A DNA stretch of 64,000 nucleotides from positions 16,368,001-16,432,000 of the forward strand of contig JBHGNT010000001.1 of assembly GCA_043228905.1 (NCBI GenBank). The letters run 5' to 3'. The stretch is from Azolla caroliniana (taxonomy: Eukaryota; Plantae; Polypodiophyta). Below are positions 35,901 through 49,112 of this stretch, in pieces (the stretch's first letter is position 1; each line of letters starts with the position of its first letter). The notes beneath the pieces are model-generated. The model saw only the letters and a list, made by a program, of their open reading frames with translations, was not told the DNA's origin and searched no databases. Both the position numbers and the translations under genes were made by a program.

Positions 35901-38705
35901 TGAAACGGCCATTTCCCGTTCCAACGCTTCCTGCACTTGCCGTAACTCTCGAATTGCGTCTTTATCCGGTTCTGCTTCCGCCTCTTCCGGTTGCGGTAAG
36001 TACGGTCTACGGCTTCGACAATGTCAATTTCGAAGAGGGGTATGATCTTCGGGTTTTCCTGCAGGTATTGAGCTTCTTCTTCGTCCACTAACCCTTCGAG
36101 CATGTTGACGCATTCCGCACACAACGGTGTACATTCCTGGCCAGTGCTCGTCCTTGGCTGTGTTGGTACCCATACCTTGGCTTTCCCTCGCCAAAAGGTA
36201 ATTATATTTTTTCGCCAATTCTGTTTGATATGTGCCGTTTTCAACCATGGCCGCCCCAGCAATAGTGGGTATGCGTCTTGTGCCTGTAATTGTAGCACTA
36301 CGGCCGAGATGTGAAATGTATGCCCGCCGACGGTGACTTCTAATTTCCGTATTAATCCTGTCGGCCGCACTGAGCTTGTATCGGCCATCCGCAACCAGAA
36401 CGAACACGGCTCCCACTCGTGGATTCCTAGGTCATCACACGTCCGGAGGCTTATTACATTTACCCCAGAGCCTCTGTCTATAACTGTGCCGGGGAGTTCT
36501 TTCCCTTTTACAATGGCAGTGATTACCGGACTGCTAGTGTCTACCACTGTTGGTCCCTCCTCCGGATTCGTCGTCATGGCCGTCTTCAGTCCTTCCGTGA
36601 ATCTAGGCACAAGTTGTAGGAGTCTTCCTAGTGGTAACGTAATCTGGCATTCTTGCAACGCCTGCCATGTCTCGTTCTCGGAGTGACTACCGCCGGCAAG
36701 CCCTGCGGTGTTCTCCTTTTGCTGTTGTAAGTCTGTGACATTCTGCTCGTTTGCTTTCTTTACCCATTCCGTTGCTTGTTTGCGGATGGTCTCCTGTGTC
36801 TCCCATTCTTTGGCCATGCCCTTCGACCTTGTGGTCACCTGCTGCAGGTCTGCCACCTCAGGGACTACCATATTTACCGCCGGTCGTTTTTCATAGCTCT
36901 TCACCGGGCATTGGTTACTATAATGGCCTTCTTGTCGGCAGTAGTAGCAGTAGGCTTTCCGGGCATTGCTAGATTCGGCCTTGTCTGTTGTACCCGGGGC
37001 AGGTCCTACGGTACGCGCGGGGTTTTGTACCGGTTGGTTACTTGGAGCGCCTTGTTCCGGATCCCGGGGGTAGCCGCCTTTTTTAAAAAGCCATTTTTTG
37101 TTAAAGCTCTTCTTATTACGGTACTCTTGACGGGGTTGCCGTATTCCTCCCGTTATATCTGCCGTATTCCTCCCGTTGCTGACGATACCTGGGGGAGTGC
37201 TCCCGGTCATACTGTTCGTATCGTCTATTGTAATCCTGGTACCGATCATGCCGGTCATAGTTATCTCGCCGATCACCGTACCAGACATCATTTTCCCGTC
37301 GCTCGCCATACTGGACATCCTGTGCCGGTCGGTCACGGTCCATTCGCCGCCAGCGTTCGTCTTCTTCCTCCCGGCTGCTGCGTGGCTCAATATGTCGGAC
37401 GGGCGGTGCTTGCCGAGTCAACAGATTATACTCGCACCTATCCGTCGTATGGCTCTTGGATTGAAAGATTACACATTGCATCCTCATAGTGCATTCTAGA
37501 GCCGAGTGTCCGGAATTCAAGCAGGTTGTGCACTGTATTGCTTGCCGAAACCGGAGGTCTTCATCGGACGGTAACGCATGTTGAAGTGCGCCCAGTGTGA
37601 GCTAGGAGCTTGTCTTTTCCATCTCTTTCACCCGGTCAATGACCTGGTCGATGGTACTTGTGCGGAAATCGATTACTGTGCAAACCGTGCGTAGGGGTTC
37701 CCGGAGTGCGTTTAGGAATATCGTCCGTAATTCCTCCTCCGGGGGTGCACGGGCAAACTGACTATGCATCCGTTGAAACCGGATGACAAATTGGGGAATG
37801 CTCTCCCCTGCCTCTTGTCGGCTGGTATAAAATAAGCCTACCATTACGGTCTGGTCCACCTCCTTTTGAAAAAAATGCATGAATTTAGCTTTTAAATCTG
37901 CAAAGGTGTTGATGGTAGACGGGTCCTGCGTCCGGCGCCATCTTGCTGCCGGTCCCTCCAATGTGACGCCAAACTCTGCTATCTTAGAGCGTTCTTCTTC
38001 CTCCGGTGTCAGTCGCTGGGACACATGGTTGGCTTCCCATGTCTGTTCAAAGGCGTGCACATGAGCTTCCGCGTCCGGATCATCTCTATACTTGGAGTAC
38101 TGGAACGGCATGTCGTCATCCGGTATCGGTGCGCGGGCTGGTAGTGTTGGTGCTCGTTCGGGAATTTTCTCCGGTGTCGGTGGTCTTTCCCGATTTGATT
38201 CCGATGTTGGTTGTTTCTCTTCCTTTGGTGACGGAGGCCTCTCCTCTTCGACTTCCGGTGTCGAAGGTTGTTCTTCTGCTGGTTCTGGGGGTTCCAGCGT
38301 GAGCACTTCCGGTTCCGGTTCCGGTGTCGGTAAGGTATCCGATCCTTCGTCCTCCGGTCCGCCCGGGGTTTCGTTGCTGCTACGGTAGTTCGTGTGCACG
38401 CTGTATTCCCCTTCGGAGTCCGATTCATATGCTGAAAAGGCCTCTGCTTCGCCTTCTCCGTTTGCCAACGCGTGGAGAAGGGATTCGGTTTCCCGGAGGC
38501 TGCTTAGGCTGTTGTCGTCGTTGGGTGCGATGTTTGCTGTAACCAGAGGGAGTCCTCCGCTACTCTCCGGATTACGTTGGAAAACGAGCGATCCGCTCTA
38601 ATTTCCTGCGCCGCTTGCTGGAAAGCCTCGCGTCTCCTTTGCCTTTCGGCAAGGCGTCGAGTTCGATCTGTAACCAGGTCGTGCGTTGATCTAGACATCC
38701 ATCCG
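32952..38705 (-). pseudogene. gag-pol: Element C gag-pol, lightly disrupted
   Basis: Gag, CYYCRQEGHYSNQC, VIDRGSGVNVI, DYRKLN..FLDDF, VDASDIAIG, HYGVAGGH..CDLCQ, WGLDFVGP, YYPQANGLAE, WTGPY. Confidence 0.92.
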
Positions 38706-38734
38706 TGCCGTTGTTCGCTGCAAAAATAGGAATC

Positions 38735-38744
38735 GTGGTCGCCG
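38735..38744 (-). promoter_or_regulatory. Probable PBS of element C (tRNA-Arg(UCG)-like)
   Basis: CGGCGACCAC 7 nt inside the 5' LTR; one mismatch to TGGCGACCAC. Confidence 0.55.
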
Positions 38745-40325
38745 AAAACTATGTTAACTCTTCGGGCCGGACAATGGCCTAACACAAGGTGTCTACGTGA
38801 GACACTTCACCAAAGGGTGTTACGGCAACCGGATTAGACTTCAATGCTTAATCCGACTTAGTTAAGTTACTTATTAGGATCGTCTTTCATAACACGCGTA
38901 AGATATAACAATTAAGACAGAACGGCAATTAACACAAAGAGATAACAACGCTTAAGCTTTCATTAATTAACCGCTAACTATTACATTGTATCCGGCCTTT
39001 AAATAGGTTTCCGGTCTGTATTACAAAACGGTGCCATCCGCACCTGTTCAGGATCGGTCCGGATCCGGAACGGCATACCGATTCCAGTCCGTCCGTCCAC
39101 ACTCATAGCTTAATTACAACCACATTCCTACTACTTAATTACCTCTCCGTTTCCCACTCTGGACTCCTTTGCCGGCCGGTAACATTAGTCCCTACTTGTT
39201 TGATTCCTCCATTCTTTTATAGATGCCCCCATACGTATGATGCATGTGAGGGTGCAAGACATGCACATAATGCATGAAATGCATGCGATGCATGTTTGCC
39301 ATGTCACTCATCCAAGCTCTCATGTATGAGATGTTACATATGAAAAGTACAATGATAAAAGTATAACTCGAAAGTCATGACTTAGCTTAGTGGTAAGTCA
39401 TTTGCCTCTTATCGAGGAGATGCAAGGTTTAATTTTTACCTACACCCCGTAAACACAAAATTTTACAAAGCTTCAGTCTTGTATTTACAAATGTTTAACT
39501 GCATATTACGCCTTCAGTTGACCTCCAATGAACCGATGGAACCGTTAGATAATTTTGTTCGTTTCACACCGAAAAATCTTCAAGACACTGTGCGGCGCGA
39601 TCAACCTATTCGACTGACCCGATCGATCCATCTTTCCGATCCTGTCCATCCCGACCGGTTCGATCCGCATTCGGTCCCGTTCGGTCCGGATCCGTTCGTC
39701 CGGTCCCGTTCCGGTTCCGGTTCCATCTTCATCCGTCCGGTTCTCCAAAACCATTACGAATAGTTAAGCCTCATCCATCCACCCAAATAGTTTAGCCCAA
39801 GTCACCTTGAACATTCTGTGCTCCACACAAACAAAAAGTAATAAGTTCTGGCTTTGCTTATATATTGTGGGATCCTGATTTGTCCTATCTATGTAGGATG
39901 TCTCACAGTTTTGTTTTTCTCTTCTTCTTCTCAAACATCACACTCATAACTTGACATTTAGCTGTCCATTTCAAATGTAGTAAAGTACATTCGGAAGCTC
40001 TTGAAGACATCCATCTTTTCGTACCAAGATATTAAACTAATATAAAATAGTATCTTCACTATTATTGTTTCATATTGTGTGTGAAGAACCACACTTGATT
40101 TTGTACATTCCATGCAATTTTCACAACGTTGCCGAATATTTTCACGACGTCCACCCCCACCAAACCGCACGTCCTCTAGTACATGCCAAGAAGAGAGAGT
40201 GTGAGATTTCGGCTATGGTGATTAGTACGATTCCTCTATTTTGAGCATGTCCATTCCCTTCACTCAAACCTTTGTCGACATCCACCATATCATTCGCTCA
40301 TTCTTTGCTTTACAATGAACAGTTG

Positions 40326-41555
40326 TCATGGTCCCCTGTTCTCCTTCCGAACATAACTATTTATGCATGTTCCACCTTTGTCCTGATCGTCTCCTTGCTC
40401 AAGGCACTTTGACTCGTCACACATTTTTTCTTTATGTCTTTCTCCCCAAGCCTTTATCGGAATAATGACATTGACTACCCCATGTAGTACCTTCAAGTGC
40501 ATGCCCACTTTGAGATCCTTATGCGACCATGCTCTATATTTCTCACTTTGTCTAGTTTCCTGATACAATCTCATGTTAGAGTTGACAATCTTCACACTAG
40601 CGTCTTTGCTAGATGTTTTGATCACATCCTTCGGATCCTGCTGGCTCGCTTGGCCATCGTCATCCCTTGTCATACTTTGCCCAGACTCTTTGTTGTATGC
40701 ATCAGCTTTTGTCTCTATGCTTTGCTTGACCTCTTCCTCCCACACGTCAACTTCAACCCTTTCTTCTTCGTTGTCATTTTCCTTCTCTTGGTTCTTACAT
40801 TGGTTAATGCCCAAGTCTCCAAAACGAGTGTGGAGAGATCCATATGTATTTGTCGGCCACTCCCCAACATCGTTATTTGCAGCAGCTTGGACCTTCGCTT
40901 CCCCTCCATCATCTTCTGTCTCTTGGGTCTCACGTTGGCTTTGAACCACAACTGCCCAAGTCTCTAGAACATGTGCGAAGGAATCCATTTGTCTTTGGTC
41001 AATTGCCTTCGACACCTTTGTCTTGATGTCATCTTTCACATTAGATTTGAACTCCCCCTTGTTGCCACCTTCCGTCTCTTGGGTCTTATGTTGGTTCTCA
41101 GACGCAACTGCCCGAGTCTCTAGAACCAGTGTGGGGAAAGTCTTGTCACTGACATCATTCACCATCAACTCGTCCATATCTATCTTCGCCTCGATGTTGT
41201 GCACACCATCTTGGTCCTTCCCCTTACTACCACCTTCCATCTCTTGGGTCTCACGTTGGCTCTCTACAACTGCCCAAGTCTCTGGAACTTGTGTGAAGGA
41301 ATCCTTGAAACGGCCATCTACCAGTAATTCTTCCATAGCCACCTCTGATTCGATGTCATTTTTCATGGCTATCTCTTCAATCTCATGGGCCTCATACCCA
41401 TTGACCCTCCTGATCGAGCAAGCTTCGATTATGCTTCTCTCTTCGTCGCATGTATTCGTTTCGACCTTCGGCTCCTTGCCGACACCTTCTATCTCTTGGG
41501 TCTCACATTGGTTTTTGGATGCAACTGCCCAAGTCTCTAGAACAAGTGCCGACAC
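40326..41555 (-). CDS. Acidic repeat-containing C-terminal extension of element E Gag
   Basis: 409-aa open frame with four VLETWAV..Q.ETQE.E.G-like repeats; similar to the E gag segment at 49113-49200. Confidence 0.6.
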   Translation of the reverse strand: MSALVLETWAVASKNQCETQEIEGVGKEPKVETNTCDEERSIIEACSIRRVNGYEAHEIEEIAMKNDIESEVAMEELLVDGRFKDSFTQVPETWAVVESQRETQEMEGGSKGKDQDGVHNIEAKIDMDELMVNDVSDKTFPTLVLETRAVASENQHKTQETEGGNKGEFKSNVKDDIKTKVSKAIDQRQMDSFAHVLETWAVVVQSQRETQETEDDGGEAKVQAAANNDVGEWPTNTYGSLHTRFGDLGINQCKNQEKENDNEEERVEVDVWEEEVKQSIETKADAYNKESGQSMTRDDDGQASQQDPKDVIKTSSKDASVKIVNSNMRLYQETRQSEKYRAWSHKDLKVGMHLKVLHGVVNVIIPIKAWGERHKEKMCDESKCLEQGDDQDKGGTCINSYVRKENRGP

Positions 41556-42208
41556 CTTCTACCCTCATAAGGACATTATGTCGGAAGGCTACTGTCTTAG
41601 ACACCGGTGGTGTGGGCTAGGCTTTCGTCTCGATGATCGTGTTTATCTCTTCCAAGTTATTAGTCATCCTAATATCCGGAGGTATGGGACGTCGGTGGTA
41701 GGTTGGCTATGTCTAGATCATAGCTCGGGGGTGGTCAGGTGGAACGGGTTCTTCTCTCCATTCTATTTTCCTTCTTTTTCTTTAGTTTGGTCTATTGATT
41801 AGTAATAGACTCTTAACATTGGTATCACAGCATTTACTAACATTTTTTTTTTTGTTGTTTTGATGTTTTTTGCGTGTGAGCGATGGGGATCTAACAAGGC
41901 TCGTCATGCTCTTCACAGGATCAAAACAACCTTCTTAACCCGATATTCTTCTTTCTCGATCTCTCTTTTCTTTTCTATGATGCTTTCTTCTTGGTCATAT
42001 GGAAGTGGTATTACGTTTTCTTTTCTTTTCTTTCTTCTTTCTACCATCATACGATGTTAATCTACTTATGCATCGGGTCGAGCATGTTTGCACTAATCGC
42101 ACATGCTCAACTCATGGCCCTTTTGCATATTGTGATGTATCTCCCACTCTCTCCTCTCTTGAGCCATCTCTTATGATAATAATTATTCTTGTGCATCAGG
42201 TCGAGCGT

Positions 42209-42985
42209 TGTCGTGAAGAAAACCGGCCAGAAGCGGAATCAGCGAAGCAGGGCGCATGAACCGGCCCTACACTTTTCCACACCAATTAATACCTTGTACA
42301 TAACTAGGAGTAGGACGGTGGGAGCAAAGAGACTAGATGTGACACATTGAATGTCTTGGAAATCGAAGAGTATCTCTGTCCAAAAGGACAAAGAATAAAT
42401 TGATGGAAACAAGGGTGCAACGGCTTGCCTTGACGGCCTATAAAAGGGAAGGAAGAAGGCGGATGAAAGGATCGCGTTTAGGAGGGAGGACAAAGTGCTG
42501 TCGGACTGGGACTAAGCTCTCTCCTCCATCGTTCATCATTCTCTGCAGGTTTTCGGACTGAGTTGCCTCTGCTTCATGGACAACCTGTGTGCTTCCGGTA
42601 GAGGCTCCACAGTGCAGTCGAGGTCGTGTGCATGTGTGAGCATCGTGTGTGTGTGTGTTCGTCTGAGTTGGGTCTGTCGCCGGTTCGCCGGTTGTAATCA
42701 TTGTTGGAAGTGTAACAGATTATATTGTCATAGATTATATGGTGTTTTGATTCTTCTCTTCCCGTCTCGTGTTTTGTGGAGTGCGCATCTTGCCCCTTCA
42801 ATATACGCGTAAAGGGGGGGGGGGGGGCGACGAGCGGCGAGCGTTGTCGGTCGCTAGCATCCTTAACCGGCTCTACGCAATCTCTCTCTCTCTCTCTTGT
42901 TCTCTCTCCTCCTCCTCTCGCTCCTCGGTTCAAGGCCCCCGCAATCCCGCCTTGGTTTCTCTCGTGTGAGCGGAACTACTCGACA
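42209..42985 (+). mobile_element. Solo LTR related to A, inserted in the F leader
   Basis: TGTCG...CGACA; flanks GCGT and ACGT; shares the TATA and CATTCTCTGCAGGTTTTCGG region with the A LTR. Confidence 0.88.
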
Positions 42986-43025
42986 ACGTGTTTGCCCAAA
43001 TCGCACATGCTCACTCTTCCCTTTA

Positions 43026-43257
43026 TTGAGCCATCACTTGGCTAATTCTATGGGATGTTGTGGTCTTGACGAGGTGTATGTCGCCTACCTATGCCACTCT
43101 ACTCTCTATTGAGCCATCACTTGGCCGATTCTATAGGATATTGTGGCCTTAACGAGGTATATGTCGCTTACCTATGCAACTTTACTTTTTATTGAGCCAT
43201 CAATTGGCCGATTCTAGGGAGATGTGGTGGTCTTGAGGAGGTGCATGTCGACTACCT
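43026..43257. repeat. Three copies of an about 82-bp tandem repeat in the F leader
   Basis: ATTGAGCCATCA(C/A)TTGGC...GAGGTGTATGTCG..TACCT repeated three times. Confidence 0.88.
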
Positions 43258-44250
43258 TAGGGTTTCATACTTAAAGTGTGCTTAATGATTCATACACCCA
43301 ATTGATTATTATTCTAATTAATTTCTAATTACACAAATTTTCGTTTCACTTTTGTATGATTTTCTAGTAATTGTCATTTACCCACCCACAATTAACTCTC
43401 TTTCTTGCCCTTATTTTAAGTTCATCTACATTATTTACGTATGTTTAATGGTGTAACGATTCATGTAGACTATTTTTTAATACTGAGTGGGCATCATGCC
43501 GTTTTTTGAACGATTTTTTCCAACGGCTCATCTAAGTTTAACTCATATTATCAAGCCTTAAAACTCGAGTAAAACCACATGAGTTCCCCTATTGATGTTT
43601 TACTCATAGATTTGAGTTCTACATCTTTGCCCACAACACCACCACCACTTGTATCAATTTGTGTCTTATGTCACAATTGTGCAAATTACAACCACCATAT
43701 TGGGATGTATATGTGCATACCTCGCACCATCCATTTATTTGTGACATTTTTTTTAGTAGGTAACACATGGGTTTTTTTACCCTTGTTTTCATCACTGCTT
43801 GATTCTTATAGGTAGTGCCTTATTTTATCGTTTTTGTCATAACATTTGCTTGTTACTCGCAAGACTAGAATATTACTTGCAAGTGCACTTGTTTTTTCAC
43901 TTAATACACTTTCTCGACCATATCAATACATGTTGGGTTGGCATTCTAATATAAGGCTAACTAGGAAAATACATTGATGTTAGAACCATGGTTGAGCCTT
44001 GGGGAGCCGCCATGATTATTCAAGATAGAGATCCGAGAAAGACATCTTAGCTATGTTTTCCCCCATGGTTTTTAAAACACCATAGTGTTACCATAGTTAT
44101 CGGATCTCTAATCACATCTCATATGTCTAGAGAGGTAAAGACACGAGATGCTTTCTTGGTAAAGTTCCTACAATCAAAATTTCAAGCATTCATTTTGCTT
44201 GTGTATTTTCTAAATCTCCTTATTTATATTGCATACCCACAGCTTGCATC

Positions 44251-47200
44251 ATGGAACAAGTTTTGAACGTTGTTGGAGCAATCTCTCCGACCGAGACCTC
44301 TCAACTCCAATCCGCATCTTGCACACAAGCTGAGATCACTATTGAGCAATTTCTCACTACTACCTTGAATGAATTGGCCGAAATGAGGCAGGCCAATATG
44401 GCATTGGAAAAGAAATTCCAAGAATTGACTATTGAGTCCAAGAAAGAAGGTGAGTCTTCTTTCGTAGTAATGCCATTCAAGGGAGATAAGAAAGAAAGAA
44501 CCGAGGAGGCCATTAGCACTTGGCTTGGTCATTGGGAGTCTCACTTTGAGCCCACCTTGAGCTCCAAACCAAGCCCTATGTTGTAAAAATTGGTTATGTC
44601 GGTCGTGAGTTAGGTGGCCAAGCTGCTGCTAAGGACTGCCCAAGCCCAACCCAAGCCCTAAGGACTACAAAGAACTTACCCACAACTTGGGAAGGTTTCG
44701 TTGATGTTTTTAAGAAATAGTTTTTGTAGCCACCTTCTCAAACTGAACAAGCGCAACACTTCTCATGTTGTTGAGTAAGTCATTTACCTCTCTCGAGGAT
44801 TATGTGCATCATGCTCGGACCCAGATCCAAAAATTGGGACTTACGGGTGAGAAATGATTTGTTGCTTGCTTTTTGAATGATATTCCTAATGGGGATTACC
44901 ATTGGATTGTCCATGACAAGGACCCCACAACTTTTGAGGAAGCCATCAACATTGTACTTCGGTACCATAAGACTTCCAAGAAAGACCACAATAAACCTGA
45001 GTTCGCCAAAACTCTGAATGTCAAGTTCATTGGGAAACGTAAGCAATCCAATGACACTCTTTACTACGACTCCAAGAAACCTAACCTTGTCTGTGCATAT
45101 TGCAAGAAGCGGAGCCACATAAAGGATACCTGTCATCGTCTTGAGAGGAAGTCAATGAACACCCCTCCTCAAGACAAATCTATGAGTCACACATGTGAGT
45201 CTTTTGATGTTGTTGAAGTTCATACCAACCACTTAAGTTCATGTGAATGCACTTTTCCTTCACATTTACTTGGACCTAATGATTTACTCCAAGCAGTCGG
45301 GTATATCAATGAAACACAAGCACATTTCTTGTTTGATTCTGGTAGTTCTCACAATTTTCTTAATGATCACTTTGTGCAGCAAATGGAACTCCACATAAAC
45401 GCAAGTGATCATATCTATCAAGTTCACATGGCAAATGGAAGTGTTCAATACATCAGTGGCATTGTTTGTCAACTGCCAATTCAAATAGATACCTATTTGG
45501 AGAAGCTTGACTTTCATGTTATGAAACTACAATCCACAGATGTCATTTTAGGATACCCTTGGTTTTTTAATAAAAACCCTTCTTTGTCCATAGATTGGGT
45601 TAATCACTCAATCACATTTGAACTTAATAATTGTAAACATTTTATTCAATGTTCCAAACTTCCTTCTCGTTCACTTGTGTCTTCTAAATCTTTAAGTGAG
45701 TATTCAAGTTCATTCATTTATTTGTGTGTAATTGATCCCGCGCTTCAATTTTATTATTTTAATATTGACGCCACACAATTACCACATTATGAACAACGAT
45801 TACTCAACTCTATTTTAGACGATTTTCAAGACGTGTTTCCTAACAAATTGCCACTTACTTTACCACCAAAACATAATGTGGACCATCAAATTGAACTCAT
45901 TCTTGGTGTTGCTCCTATGAGCATTCCACCTTACCGACTTAGTCAATTAGAAGAGGATGAGATCGCTAAACAACTTAAGGAATACTTGAGTATGGGCCAC
46001 ATTAGGTATAGTAAATCACCTTGGGGTACTCCAGTTCTATTAGTTAAGAAGAAGGAAGGTTCATGGCGAATGTGTATCAATTATTGCCATTTGAATAAAA
46101 TGACAATTAAAAATGCATATATGTTACCTCGTGCCGATGATTTGATTGATCGTTTGCATGGGGCTCAATATTTTACGAAAATTGACTTACAAACAGGTTA
46201 TCATCAGATTCGCATTGCCAAGGATGATATTCCTAAAACCGTTTTCCGTACGCGCTATGGCCATTATGAGTTTTTAGTCATGCCTTTCGTGTTGACCAAT
46301 GCTCCAGTCACATTCCAACAAGCGATGAATGACGTTTTCCGAGATCAACTCGGTGATTTTGTTGTCATCTTCTTGGATGATATTTTGATATATAGTTGTA
46401 CCTTGCAAGATCATGTTCAACATGTTCGATTTGTTTTGCAAAAGTTGCGTGTCAACTCTTTCTATGCAAAACATTCAAAATGTGATTTTTTCCAAAAATC
46501 TATTGTGTACCTAGGTCATTTAATTACGGAAAATGGTGTTGAAATTGAACCTTCTCGTATTGAAAAGGCTAAACTTTGGCCCATTCTTCGTAATATTTGT
46601 GAACTGCAATCATTCTTAGGGTTTGTTGGATTTTTACAAAAATCAATTCGTAACTATTCCAAATTGACTATGCCATTAACTGACCTTTTAAAAAGTCATC
46701 CACGTAAGTCTGTCAAACCAATTGCATGGAATGAACAACTTGACAAATCATTTGAGACACTCAAAGAGCATGTGTGTCAGGCTCCCACTCTTCTATTACT
46801 GGACCCTTCTAAGCCTTTCTCAATCGAAACCGATGCTAGTGATTATGCTATTGGTGTCGTTCTTTATCAAGGCGGTCACCCTATTGCTTTTAAAGTAAGA
46901 AGCTTGATGCCGCTCAATCTCGGTATTCGGTTCAAGAGAAAGAGTTGTTTGCGGTAATACATGCACTTAAAACATGGAGGCACTATCTCTATGGAAATAA
47001 ATTTGTGGTTACAACAGACCATCAATCATTGAAGTATTTTTGTGACCAGCCAGATCTTGTTGGTCGTAAAGGCCGTTGGGCTGACCTTATGCACGATTTT
47101 GATTTTTCCATACGGTATCGCAAAGGTTCTATTAACACTGTTGCGGATGCTCTTAGTCGCATTAAAGAAGTTAACATGCTTAGCTTCACGGAAATAAAAT

Positions 47201-48630
47201 CTGATCTTTTAGATCACCTTCGAGGGAAATACCTTGATGATAGTTATTTTTCGAAATACTACACGAAAGTCAAATCTGGTTTAGATGCCAATACTAGCAC
47301 CCTACCCTTGAAGGCGACCTTTCACATTACAAACGGTTTTCTCTACCGTAGTGGAAAGGTCTGTGTTCCAAATTTACCAAACGTAAAATAGAAAATTCTT
47401 CATGAATGTCATGATGCACCATCTGCAGGTCATCTTGGAATACAACGCACACTCGTTCTCATCTCGAGTACTTTTTTCTGGCCTAAGATGCGCTCTGACG
47501 TGCATAAATACGTAACTCAATGCTTACAATGTCAGATTAATAAGTCAGAACGACTTACAGCTGATGGTCTTTTACATCCCTTAGATATTCCCAACAACAA
47601 ATGGGAAAGTATCTCGATGGATTTTATTGTTAGTTTACCTCGTACACAGAGGGGTCATGATGCCATTTGGGTTGTCGTTGACAGACTATTCCTACCAAAA
47701 CCACGGTAACCGCTCAACAATTGGCTTATCAATTTGATGATGAGTTATTTCACTTTTATGGATTACCGATGGATATTGTTAGTGATCGAGATTCCATGTC
47801 TTTAAGAAACTAGAAACTACGTTGAGCATGAGTTCTGCAGATCATCCTCAGTCTGATGGACAAACTTAACGAGTCAATCAAATTATTGAGGACATGCTTC
47901 GAGCTTATGTAGCAAAAACCCCTTCTAAGTGGGAGCAATACCTTCCTATCTTAGAATTTGCCTATAATAGCTCTAAACATACATCCACTGGATATAGTCC
48001 TTTTGTGTTGATGTATGGTTTTCAACCACGTGCCCCAGTTGATGTCACGATTCATCGTGATACATTAGACAGTACACACAATTTTTGGCAAGACATGAAC
48101 CAAATGTTGCATATTGCTAAAGAGAATGTCAAGACGGCTCAAGATCGTGCTCGATTTTATGCTGATCAAGATAGACGTCCTCGTGCATTTACTATTGGTC
48201 AAAAAGTGTTTTTGTGTGTCCCTACTGACTCTACATCATTGTCTACGGGCAAGTGCGCTAAGTTAGCCCCACAATATTGTCGCCCATTTGAAATCCTTAA
48301 GCGGGTTGGGTCATCTGCTTATCACCTTGCCTTACCTTGTAACGTTGGTATTCATCCTGTTTTTCACGTCAGTCGTCTAAAACCATTTTTAGGCTCTGGT
48401 GATAACACCATCACAATCCAAGATCTTGTAACATTAGAGGATTTTTCTTACAAACCTCATGTTCCTGGACGAATTCTTGATTCTCGTACTAAACGTTTAC
48501 GTTCTAAAGAGATTCGGCTATTCAAGATCAAATGGATGGAAACCTATTGATGATGCCACACGGGAACACGAGCATACTCTTAAGGCACAATTTCCTCACT
48601 TTATATTGCAAGAGTGCAATCTTTTGAAGT
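44251..48630 (+). pseudogene. gag-pol: Element F gag-pol with chromodomain-like end, disrupted
   Basis: CAYCKKRSHIKDTC, FLFDSGSSHNF, FLDDILIYS, IETDASDYAIG, ISMDFI, HPVFHVSRLK, RILDSR..FKIKW. Confidence 0.92.
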
Positions 48631-49112
48631 AGGGGAGTATGTTATGTACACATAACGTTGGTGAGGGTAGGTCACCAATATTTACATTAGTGAAGGGTAT
48701 GTTCACTAATATTAAAAAGGGGACTAATGATTGGATAGAAGGAATGATAGGTGCATGCACTATCATGATTTGGACAACCAATGAATGGAGAGCCTTTTAG
48801 AAAGGCACATCTATTCAAGGGGCCTAGGAAAAGGTATAAATATGAGGCTTAGCTACCCTCATAAGGACATTACGTCAGAAGGCTACTGTCTTAGACACCG
48901 GTGGTGCGGGCTAGGCTTTCGTCTCGACGATCGTGTTTATCTCTTCCAAGGTATTAGTCATCCTAATATCCGGAGGTATGGGACGTCGGTGGTAGGTTGG
49001 TTATGTCTAGATCATAGCTCGGGGGTGGTCAGGTGGAACGGGTTCTTCTATCCATTCTATTTTCCTTCTTTTACTTTAGTTTGGTCTATTGATTAGTAAT
49101 AGACTCTTAACA

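Larger units (their letters stand above)
29318..39184 (-). mobile_element. Element C: full-length non-chromovirus Ty3/gypsy element with an extra 3' ORF
   Basis: 433-bp LTRs 29318-29750 and 38752-39184 (about 11 mismatches by eye); TSD TTAGT (29313-29317, 39185-39189); complete gag-PR-RT-RH-INT. Confidence 0.96.
41559..49112 (+). mobile_element. Element F: chromovirus-type Ty3/gypsy element, 5' LTR truncated
   Basis: LTR remnant 41559-41818 matches the 3' LTR 48640-49112; PBS TGGTATCACAGC at 41820-41831 (iMet-like); PPT AAGTAGGGGAG at 48627-48637. Confidence 0.92.

Noticed and set aside
36776-37489. Long antisense ORFs over GC-rich gag/pol regions (many in the track)
   Set aside because: Shadow frames of retroelement coding sequence with no recognisable domains.
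41023-41802. 259-aa Ser-rich ORF on +
   Set aside because: Antisense of the E repeat ORF running into an LTR; crosses a deletion junction.
43026-43257. CRISPR-like array
   Set aside because: Whole units are similar with no unique spacers; an ordinary tandem repeat in a retrotransposon leader. The same applies to 58897-59050.
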